From an uncultured Phycisphaerales bacterium (lineage in GTDB: Bacteria > Planctomycetota > Phycisphaerae > Tepidisphaerales > Tepidisphaeraceae): DNA of 64,000 nucleotides. The DNA lies in assembly GCA_963844715.1 (NCBI GenBank), contig CAWJPJ010000007.1, forward strand, positions 352,001-416,000. Reading direction: 5' to 3'. Of this stretch, positions 55,828 to 64,000 are shown one piece after another. Under the pieces are notes generated by a model that saw only the letters and a list, made by a program, of their open reading frames with translations, searched no databases and had not been told where the DNA came from. A program made the position numbers and the translations under genes. Within the stretch, counting starts at the first letter, position 1. The number at the start of each line of letters is the position of its first letter.

Positions 55828-56196
55828 ATTGATATAGGTTTGCCACCCATCACCGCGCCCGCCTCGCCAGTCCATTCTCCTCATCATCTTTCCTTCATTC
55901 CCCCGCGCGCTCGCGCCTCTGGACGACCTTCCGGCTTAAAGCGCATCAGTATCTTTTTGGTTCCTCCCCAACGTTGAGGGGAAAAGGAGTGGGGATGGGA
56001 GGGTGCGGGAGGGATTCCGGCAGTTTCCGCAGGATGGGCCTTTTATGGTTCGCCCCTTCCCTCCCGCTTTGCATTCGCCTTTGAATTTCATTTTGCCAAC
56101 AGGGAACTGCTGCCAAGAAAGCGCTGGGCGCTCAGATGTGTCCCCGGAGCAAGGACTGAGTTGGGCTGTTGGACTATTGATGAAGCGCGTCTTGGA

Positions 56197-57334
56197 TTAT
56201 CCTTTGACTACGACCAAGCTCTTCCCCTCCACGAGCAGATCAAACAAAACCGAAATATCTGCCGCGCGTAGTCGAATGCATCCCATGCTCGATTGTTTCC
56301 CAATGCTGTCCGGATCGATCGTCCCGTGGATTCCATACGAAAGTTTCCCCACCGCCTGTCCTTCCGTCCCCGTAATTCCGATCCAATACCCGCCCAGTGG
56401 ATTCTTCGGATCATCCGCCGCGATCACACCCTCCCCGCGCGGGCTGTAATAGGTCGGATGCTTCAGCTTCCTATGCGGCTCCACCATCCACGTCCCCGTC
56501 GGAGTGCTATCATCCTGCCCCAATCCCACCGGGAACGTCATCACGTACATCGAACTCTTTTCCCCAGGCAGCGCCCCAAGATAAACGTCCAGCGTGAATT
56601 TGCTCTTGTCCACCACCGCGAAGAACGGCCCCTGCGCAACTTTAATCGTCGCCCCCGCGCAGATGCCGCGGATCGATCCCATTGATCCTCCCGAGCAGTT
56701 CCCACGTCGTATCGCAATCCGCCGCGATCTTCGCCAGGCTGTCCCCCGGCTTGACCACATACACTCCGCCGTACGGATCATCCGGAAATCGCTGCTTGCT
56801 GAACACCAGTGTCTGGTTGATCTGCGTCAATTGCTGTTTCACACTTGCCGCGTCCGCCTCGCTGAGCTGTCCCCCTTGCAGCGCATCGTTAAGCTGCTCG
56901 CGGGCCGTCAAAAGATCCCCCGCATCCAGCTTCGCCCTGGCCTGTAAGATTAAATCCCCACTCGGAACCGTCGTCGGTCCCAGCGTCATTTCCGCCGCCG
57001 CAATCGCCGGCGTTGTGTCGACCGCCGTATCCTTCGCCGGCTGCGTTGCCGCCGGCGCATCCGCCCCCGCCGCGTTCACCATCGGCGTGTCCACGCTCTG
57101 CCCCGCCACGGCCACGGGAAGCATCGCCTCATCCGCCGCGGGCCCCTGCGCCTGCGCCGTCGAATCAGGCTCCGTCGCCGCCGGCGTCACCAAAGGCGCC
57201 GCCGTCTGCGCGGCAATCGGCTGCGGCGCGGCCGCATGGCGAACCTTGTACCCAAAGGACAAAATCCCCAGTGAAACCGATACAACCAATATAAGAATTA
57301 AAACCCGGCTGGTGCGGCGATCCGTGCGACTCAC
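56197..57334 (-). CDS. LysM + L,D-transpeptidase (YkuD) protein (frameshift near 56645)
   Basis: TM anchor; LysM 'YVVKPGDSLAKIA...INGI'; YkuD 'FPVGLG...TPTG', 'NPLG', 'YGIHGT...SMGCIRL'. Confidence 0.9.
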
Positions 57335-57378
57335 GAGAACCTCCATGTTCTCAAAGTGCTTTGCTTTCGGAGCGGAAT

Positions 57379-57978
57379 TCAGTGCTGCGTCATGCAGTTC
57401 GTCGCGAAGCGGCGAATTCCGCGATCCGTGCACAGCATACTCAGAGCCATGTCATGGTCAAGCACCGGCAGCGACGGAATCATCTGTTCTTCAAACCCGT
57501 ATCCGCAAGAAACCCCCAGAAAATCCGCCTGCGCCAAAAACCGGTCGTAGAACCCCATCCCGCGCCCGATGCGATGCCCCGTCGGCGTGAACCCCAATCC
57601 CGGCACGATCACCAGATCGATCAGATTCAGCGGAATCGGCTGCCCGCTCACCGGCTCCCGAACCCCCGGCCCGCTCGTCGTCATGCTCGTCTGCAAACTC
57701 GTGATCTCCACCGGCAGCATCCGCTTCTGGTCCCACGATACCTTCGGAACCACCACCGTCTTCCCGCTCTGCCAACACCGCAGCGCCAGCGGCGTCGTAT
57801 CGATCTCAAACGGACTGTTCAGATACAGCATCACTACCCGCGCCGCCGCGAACTCCGGCGACGACGCCATCAGCGAACACGCGCTTAGGCTCTTCGCCTG
57901 TCGGTCCGCATCGCTCATCGCCTCCAATACCTGGCGAAATTGGCGGCGAATTTGTGATTTATCGTTTGCCTGCTCCAT
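57379..57978 (-). CDS. ygfA: 5-formyltetrahydrofolate cyclo-ligase
   Basis: KSQIRR, EIDT, VVVPK, REP, DLVIVPGLGF...RIGRGMGFYDRFL, HD. Confidence 0.93.
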   Translation of the reverse strand: MEQANDKSQIRRQFRQVLEAMSDADRQAKSLSACSLMASSPEFAAARVVMLYLNSPFEIDTTPLALRCWQSGKTVVVPKVSWDQKRMLPVEITSLQTSMTTSGPGVREPVSGQPIPLNLIDLVIVPGLGFTPTGHRIGRGMGFYDRFLAQADFLGVSCGYGFEEQMIPSLPVLDHDMALSMLCTDRGIRRFATNCMTQH

Positions 57979-58020
57979 CGACTTTATGTAACTCCGCATA
58001 CAACATATCGGCTCAAGCCC

Positions 58021-59412
58021 TTACGGCTCTTGGGCCGCAGGCGGCTTCCGCCCGCGGACTTCTCCAGTCTCGCCCGATGTCCCCTGACTCGACTGCCTTT
58101 TCTGCTCCTCCAGCCGACGCTTGACCTCGCCCTCATACCCCCGATCCGTAGGATCATAGTATATTTTATCGACCCCAAGGTAGTCCTGCGGCACAAATCC
58201 GCCGGAAAATTCATGCGGGTACTGATACCCCTCCCCATGCCCAAGTCGTTTTGCCCCTTGATAATGCGAATCCCGCAGCACTTTCGGCACCGGCACCGTC
58301 CTCCCCTCCGCCACGTCCTTCGAAGCTGCCCAGATTGCCTTCGCCGACGCGTTCGATTTCGGCGCCGTCGCCATATAAATCACCGCCTGCGATAGCGTCA
58401 GTTGCGCCTCCGGCATCCCGATCTTCTCCACAATATCAAACGCCGCCGCCGCCACCTGGATCGCCCGCGGATCGGCGTTACCGATGTCCTCCGACGCCAA
58501 GATCGCCACCCGCCGCGCGATGAACCGCGGGTCCTCCCCCGCCTCCAGCATCCGCGCCAGCCAATACACCGCCGCATCCGGATCCCCGCCCCGCATGCTC
58601 TTGATCAGCGCGCTGGCCGCGTCGTAATGCTCATCCCCCGTCCCGTCATAAACAATCGCCTTGCGCTGAATCGACTGTTCCGCCACATCCAGATCGATCT
58701 TGATCGCCTTCTTTGAATCCTTGCGTTCCTCCATCTGAGAAAGCACCGCCACCTCCAGCGCCGAAAGCGCCCGCCGCGCATCCCCATCCGATTTCGTAGC
58801 CCACAAATCGACCGCCTCATCTGAAATCTCAAATTTCAAATCCCCATACCCCCGCTCCTTATCCCCAATCGCCCGCCGCACCAAAGATCGAATCTCCTCC
58901 TCACTCAGCGCACTAAACTGAAAAATCTGGCTCCGGCTGATCAGCGGCGAATTCACCGAGAAAAACGGATTCTCCGTCGTCGCCCCGACGAGCAGGATGT
59001 ATCCCGCCTCCACGTCTTCCAGCAAAATATCCTGCTGGGCCCGATTGAACCGGTGAATTTCATCCAGAAACAAAACCGTCCGGCCCCCTCCCGCCGCCAG
59101 CCGTTCCTTCGCCCCTTCCAATATCCCCCGCACTTCCTTCACGCCCACCCCCGCCGCGTTCAAAGGCACAAACTCGCTCTTCGTATACCGCGCAATGAGT
59201 TGCGCCAAGGTCGTCTTCCCCGTCCCCGGCGGCCCATAAAAAATCACGCTGGTCAGCCGATCCGCCTCCAGCATCCGCCGCAATAATTTCCCCTCTCCCA
59301 AAAAATGCCCCTGCCCCACAAACTCCTCGAGCGACCGAGGCCGCATCCGCACCGCCAACGGCGCCACCCGAGCCAAATTCCTCTCCCGAGACTCGGCGAA
59401 CAAATCAGGCAT
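58021..59412 (-). CDS. rarA: Replication-associated recombination protein A (RarA/MgsA)
   Basis: PLAVRMRP, GPPGTGKTT, LDEIHRFN, GATTENP, HYDAASALIKSMRG, SEDIGNADP, PKSN. Confidence 0.97.
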   Translation of the reverse strand: MPDLFAESRERNLARVAPLAVRMRPRSLEEFVGQGHFLGEGKLLRRMLEADRLTSVIFYGPPGTGKTTLAQLIARYTKSEFVPLNAAGVGVKEVRGILEGAKERLAAGGGRTVLFLDEIHRFNRAQQDILLEDVEAGYILLVGATTENPFFSVNSPLISRSQIFQFSALSEEEIRSLVRRAIGDKERGYGDLKFEISDEAVDLWATKSDGDARRALSALEVAVLSQMEERKDSKKAIKIDLDVAEQSIQRKAIVYDGTGDEHYDAASALIKSMRGGDPDAAVYWLARMLEAGEDPRFIARRVAILASEDIGNADPRAIQVAAAAFDIVEKIGMPEAQLTLSQAVIYMATAPKSNASAKAIWAASKDVAEGRTVPVPKVLRDSHYQGAKRLGHGEGYQYPHEFSGGFVPQDYLGVDKIYYDPTDRGYEGEVKRRLEEQKRQSSQGTSGETGEVRGRKPPAAQEP

Positions 59413-59477
59413 CTATGAAATGATAGGTGAAGAATGCCGAATGATGAATTGAAAACTTCAGCAATAACGCGTGTAGA

Positions 59478-59699
59478 TCAAGCCGCCATCGGCTCAAATC
59501 TCAGCCGAAAGATTTGCGATGCCGAAAGAGTCGCCAGCCCGTACGTTTGGCCGTTGTTGTCGACAAACTCAACCTCAAAATCGGTGGGCGTGTAGACATG
59601 CACGACCGTGCCAACCTGCCCGCGCAGCAGATTCTCCGACGGAATATCCTCCGTCAGCGCCACCACATCGAGTTCCCGGATAGGCTCATCCATCGACAT
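59478..59699 (-). CDS. DUF4926-family small protein
   Basis: ELDVVALTEDIP...RGQVGTVVHVY...FEVEFVDNNGQTY. Confidence 0.85.
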   Translation of the reverse strand: MSMDEPIRELDVVALTEDIPSENLLRGQVGTVVHVYTPTDFEVEFVDNNGQTYGLATLSASQIFRLRFEPMAA

Positions 59700-59703
59700 T
59701 CGA

Positions 59704-60036
59704 TTATAGCGGATAGCACGTCACCAATCGAGGAAATTGCTCGTCATTCAGGACAATCCAGATGCTTAGAACCCGTTTCACACCACTGGGGCCGCTCATT
59801 CCAAATTCCACCCGATACAGTTGCCCAAATCTATTCCTTTTGGTCGCGGTCGCTTCTTCGTTTCGAGCCGCTTTCAAAAGCGCTTCGCGTAGCTCCGCGA
59901 TCTGATTCGCCCCTATTCCCAGTGACGCGGAAAAAATCCGAGCTTTGTGCCGTCCGCGCGAATGCGACTGCGATAAACAATACTGCTCGAGTTTCTTTAC
60001 GTCGACTATGGCTCGATCACCATTGGGAAGTTTCAT
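59704..60036 (-). CDS. DUF6883-family protein
   Basis: MKLPNGDRAIVD..KL..YCL...H..GRHKARIF...LG...W.......PRLVTCY. Confidence 0.8.
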   Translation of the reverse strand: MKLPNGDRAIVDVKKLEQYCLSQSHSRGRHKARIFSASLGIGANQIAELREALLKAARNEEATATKRNRFGQLYRVEFGMSGPSGVKRVLSIWIVLNDEQFPRLVTCYPL

Positions 60037-60052
60037 CTGCTCTCGAGGGAAT

Positions 60053-61267
60053 TTACCATCGTTTCGCCTGCTGCGCCACCTTCATAGGCAGCCCAAACAA
60101 ATCGATAAACCCGCGCGCCGCCGTTACGTCGTATCCCTCCATGCTGAAGCTCGCCAGTTGCGGATCGTACAAGCTGAACGGGCTCGTCACGCCCGCCGCC
60201 GTCGCCCGCCCCTTGAACAGCTTCACCTTCACCTGCCCCGTCACCGAAATCTGCGTATGGTCCACGAACGCCTGCATCGCCTCCCGCAGCGGATGGAACC
60301 ACTGCCCGTAATAGACCAGTTCCGCATACCGCAGCGCCACCTGCTGCTTAAAATGAAACGTATCCCGCTCGATGCATATCTGCTCCAGCGCCTTATGCGC
60401 TTCATACAAAATCGTCCCGCCCGGCGTCTCATACGCCCCGCGCGATTTCATCCCCACCAGCCGATTCTCCGCCAGTTGCGTCTGCCCCACCCCATGCTTC
60501 CCTCCCATCTCATTCAGCGCCGCGATCAACTCATGCCCGGCCATTTTCTTCCCATTCACCGCCACCGGGTTCCCCTTCTCAAAATCCACCGTCACATACT
60601 CCGGCTCGTTCGGCGCCTTGCTCACCGGCACGGAAATCATCCACAATTCGTCCTTGGGCTCATTCCCCGGCGACTCCAAATCCGCTCCCTCATGGCTGAT
60701 ATGCCACAAATTCCGGTCCCGGCTGTAAATCTTCTTCTTGCTCTGCTCCACCGGCACCCCCTTCTTGTTCGCATAATCAATCGCGCTCTCCCGATCCCGC
60801 AACCCAAACGCCGGGTCCTTCCACGGCGCAATGATCTTGAGCTCCGGCGCCAAAGACATATACGTCAGCTCGAACCGCACCTGATCGTTCCCCTTCGATG
60901 TCGCCCCATGTCCCACCGCATCCGCCCCCGTCGCCCGCGCCACTTCCACCTGATGCTTCGCAATAATCGGCCGAGCGATGCTCGTCCCCAGCAAATAATC
61001 ATTCTCATAAACCGCATGCGCCCGCAGCATCGGAAAGCAGAATTCCTCCGCGAATTCCTTCCGCAGATCCTTAATGACCACTTCATCCGCCCCGCTCTTG
61101 CGAGCCTTCTCCTCGATCCCCTTGAGTTCCTCCCCCTGCCCCAGCTCCGCCGCGAACGCGACGAGTTTGACGCCCGGATACCGATCCTTCAGCCAGGGCA
61201 AAATCACGCTGGTATCCAGCCCGCCGCTATAGGCAAGCACAATCTTTTTAGGTGTATTCGATGACAT
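60053..61267 (-). CDS. argG: Argininosuccinate synthase
   Basis: LAYSGGLDTS, YLLGTSIARP, HGATSKGNDQVRFE, YSRDRNLWHISHEG, ENRLVGMKSRGAYETPG. Confidence 0.98.
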   Translation of the reverse strand: MSSNTPKKIVLAYSGGLDTSVILPWLKDRYPGVKLVAFAAELGQGEELKGIEEKARKSGADEVVIKDLRKEFAEEFCFPMLRAHAVYENDYLLGTSIARPIIAKHQVEVARATGADAVGHGATSKGNDQVRFELTYMSLAPELKIIAPWKDPAFGLRDRESAIDYANKKGVPVEQSKKKIYSRDRNLWHISHEGADLESPGNEPKDELWMISVPVSKAPNEPEYVTVDFEKGNPVAVNGKKMAGHELIAALNEMGGKHGVGQTQLAENRLVGMKSRGAYETPGGTILYEAHKALEQICIERDTFHFKQQVALRYAELVYYGQWFHPLREAMQAFVDHTQISVTGQVKVKLFKGRATAAGVTSPFSLYDPQLASFSMEGYDVTAARGFIDLFGLPMKVAQQAKRW

Positions 61268-61294
61268 AAGAGGATCAGTATATGCAATGCCCCG

Positions 61295-62155
61295 TCAGAC
61301 GTCATGAAGAGGCGGTTTGTATGTCGCCCAGATGCTCTTCCCCGCCAGATATTCCTCCCTGAGCACCGCCGCAAATCGTTCCAAAAACGCCACCGCCCAT
61401 ATCTCGAAGAGCAACTCGCACACCCATAGGCGCACCTCCCATCGAAACAGCGCAATATTCACAGGCATGATTCTGGTCAGTTGGCGCAACATCTCCAAGC
61501 CAGCATTGGCCAGCAAACAAAACCCCAATCCATACGCGATCCAATTTGCTCGCCGGAACTGGTCAATATCTCGCGTCCGCGCCGCCTGCCGCGCTACGGT
61601 TCGAAAAATCGCCACATACAAAACCGCTGTCAGCAAATCCCCCACAAGCCCGTCCGCGTAAATCGCCCCCTGCGCCAACCGCACCGCCACCGCGATCCGC
61701 ACAGAAAGCCACTGCACTCCGAGCAGCCCCACCAGCGCCCGCAACCCCGTCCGGTCCGATCCGGGCTCCGGCGTCGCCAGCAGCCACGCCCCGCCCAGAA
61801 AAATCAAAAACCCCGCCCAGTTCGCCAGCATCTCCCGGTCCAACGGCAGCCGAGGAATCTGGAACATCCAAAGCAACGGTCCAAACATGATAAAAATCAC
61901 AAGCCCCGCGATGAGCACCCACGCTCCTATCCAAAGTCTTCGCACCCACTGCGGATGCGAATACCTCAGTCGATCGCTCCCCATCGAAAGTGCCACCGCC
62001 GTCCCGCACTCCGGACAAACCCCGCCCGACCCGAGCGTCTTCAAGTTATACCCACATCCCCGGCAAGCCAGATCCCCCTCCACCGTCTCCGCCAAAGGCA
62101 ACTCCGGAAGCGGAACCCCCGCCCCCCAAAATGAAGACCCACCACGCTCATTCAT
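61295..62155 (-). CDS. Zn-finger (CRGCGYNL...CPECG) multi-pass membrane protein
   Basis: N-terminal CxxCGYxL...CPECG followed by about 6 TM segments. Confidence 0.75.
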   Translation of the reverse strand: MNERGGSSFWGAGVPLPELPLAETVEGDLACRGCGYNLKTLGSGGVCPECGTAVALSMGSDRLRYSHPQWVRRLWIGAWVLIAGLVIFIMFGPLLWMFQIPRLPLDREMLANWAGFLIFLGGAWLLATPEPGSDRTGLRALVGLLGVQWLSVRIAVAVRLAQGAIYADGLVGDLLTAVLYVAIFRTVARQAARTRDIDQFRRANWIAYGLGFCLLANAGLEMLRQLTRIMPVNIALFRWEVRLWVCELLFEIWAVAFLERFAAVLREEYLAGKSIWATYKPPLHDV

Positions 62156-62370
62156 AATGACACGCCCCCATTATACGGCTACACCCTCCCCGTCCTGAGC
62201 GCAGTCGAAGGGCCCCGTCCCTTCACTTCGTCTCTTCGTCTCTTCCCCCCGGTATTCCCTGCCAACTAACAACTCGCAACTGGCAACTAAACGCATTCCA
62301 TTTGGAATCTTCACACTCCCGTCGTACCATGCGTCCCATCCACTGAATGGTCGGCTGCTTGCACGGACGC

Positions 62371-63868
62371 ATGCGAACCAAGTCTGAAATCCAATTCGAT
62401 CTCCCGGGCCCCCGCGGATTCCTTGATCGCGCAGCGCCGCCTCTACGCCCAATTCGTTCACGACCCCATAAAATTCCTTGCCGAAACCTACGAAAATCAC
62501 GGCCCCCTCTCCGGCATGACCGTCGACGACAAACGCATCGCCTTCGCTATCGGACCCGATCTCAACCGACAGATCCTCTCCAACCCCGACCTGTTCTATT
62601 CCTTCGGCTTGACCGTCCCCGGCCCCGCGGCCAGCTCCCAATGGCGCATGGGCTACGGCCTCTTCCGGCAGGATTCCCACACCGGCTCACTCCGAAGAAA
62701 AATGCTCTCGCCCATGCTCAGCCGAACTTCCGTGGAATCCCATCTCCCCGAACTCAGCCGCATTATTCAGGAAATGCTGGCGACGTGGCGCCCCGGCCAA
62801 ACAATCGAAATCACCAACCAGATGCGCGACCTGTCCCTCTCCGCCGCCTGCCGGGTCCTCTTCGGTCTCAACCCCGAAGGCCGCTGGCGAAACATCGGCA
62901 AACCCATCGAACGCTGGATGCGCACCAACTCTTCCATCGGCGCCCGCCTCGCTGACCCCGGCCAACCCACCGCCGGATTCAATCGCATGCTCAAAGACGC
63001 CGGTCGCCTCGAGGAGCACGTCAAGGAACTCCTCGCCACCGCCGGCGGCCGCTCCAACCTCCTCTCCGCTCTCCTCCGAGCCCACGGCCGCGACCACGAC
63101 ACCCTTGACCGCGACGAACTCCTCGGGCAAACCTCCGTCCTTCTTGCCGCCGCCTACGAAACCACCGCCATGGCCCTCACCTGGACCCTTTTCCTGCTCG
63201 CCCAGCACCCCAAAGTCGCCGCCGATGTCTTGAGTGAAATCAATCGCGAATCCCGCGGCGAAATCCCTACCGCACCCGAACTCAACCGGCTGGACCTGCT
63301 GGACCGCGTTATCAAGGAAAGTCTCCGCCTCTTTCCCCCGGCTTGTTTCGGCACCCGCGTGGTCACGTCCCCCACGACTCTCCTGCGCCGCCCCATCCCC
63401 AAGGGCACGATCCTTTTCTTCAGCCACTACATGACCCACCGCCTGCCGGAAATTTATCGCGAGCCGATGCGATTCTTGCCCGACCGCTGGAAGGAACCCG
63501 ACCCGTCCCCGTATGCGTATCTCCCCTTTGGCGCCGGCCCGCGAAAGTGCATCGGCGCCACGTACAGCAAATTCGTCATCAAACTGGCGGTCGCCATGAT
63601 CTTCAAAAAGTACCGCCTCACGGTCCAGCCGGATTCAGTTATCAACCGCTCGATAAAAATCATCCTCTTCCCCAAACGCGGCATCCCGATGCAAATTCAC
63701 CCGCAGGACAATCAGTTCCGCACCACCCCGATCACGGGCAACATCCGGGAAATGATCGAGTTTCCCCCCACGGGGGATCCGGGACAAAGCGGGTCGCGCG
63801 GGTCAGTGACCGTGCACACGCTTGGCGCGCGATGGATCGGTGGATGGGAAATTCAACACAGCAACTGA
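62371..63868 (+). CDS. Cytochrome P450 (frameshift near 62425)
   Basis: LPGP, AAYETT (I-helix), KESLR (ExxR), FLPDRW, and the heme motif PFGAGPRKCIG. Confidence 0.95.
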
Positions 63869-64000
63869 ATCTCCAAGCTGTTGGTTTGGAGGGCTCGGAG
63901 GGAAAAAGAAAATTCGAATTCCAAAAAAGGGGGGGTAATTATTTTCCGTGGGAATTTCGATTCGAACTGATATTGGGGTTATTTTTCTCGCAAGGTGTTG

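Noticed and set aside
55330..56190. Protein-coding gene or CRISPR array in the 870-bp gap
   Set aside because: The ORFs there (55234..55977, 55310..55585) lack motifs and typical codon patterns, and there are no regularly spaced direct repeats.
57979..58021. 6S RNA upstream of the 5-formyl-THF cyclo-ligase (ssrS-ygfA arrangement)
   Set aside because: Only about 40 bp separate it from rarA, leaving no room.
62371..63868. P450 as part of a biosynthetic gene cluster
   Set aside because: No synthase or precursor genes lie upstream, and the downstream context is outside the window.

Overview
This is GC-rich bacterial DNA, most likely a Planctomycete (Phycisphaerae/Tepidisphaerales-like). That assignment is an inference from gene content and the 'ATQP'-type low-complexity motifs in secreted proteins. 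Many genes, including housekeeping lysA and purC, are split by single-base indels. I read these as long-read consensus errors, and CDS coordinates below are joined across them. Contents from left to right: (i) the end of an indolepyruvate:ferredoxin oxidoreductase-family gene, an HtrA-like protease, and a winged-helix regulator operon with a palindromic operator; (ii) a lower-GC islet encoding a patatin fused to a GAF-like domain, with an 887-bp IS5-family element inserted just upstream of its start; (iii) a Ser/Thr kinase, a VPLPA/PEP-CTERM protein, a degenerate amidase and sppA; (iv) an ABC-less 'type I-like' export operon (HlyD, GAF-HlyD, PqqD/RRE-M50-HlyD, truncated SecA) followed by two paralogous GT4 glycosyltransferases, which is the best candidate for an uncharacterised system; (v) lysA, purC, a catalytically dead GH10-fold protein, comEA-like, uvrB, an orphan higA and nadC; (vi) an 18-kb type IV pilus/T2SS-like cluster with an embedded HK-RR-HD-GYP-STAS signalling cassette and repeat-invaded prepilin leaders; (vii) a MarR unit with duplicated operators, GT2/PAP2, a candidate structured sRNA, a LysM L,D-transpeptidase, 5-formyl-THF cyclo-ligase, rarA, a DUF6883/DUF4926 pair, argG and a cytochrome P450. 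A strong G-to-C strand skew flip occurs near 22 kb. No rRNA, tRNA or CRISPR array was seen.
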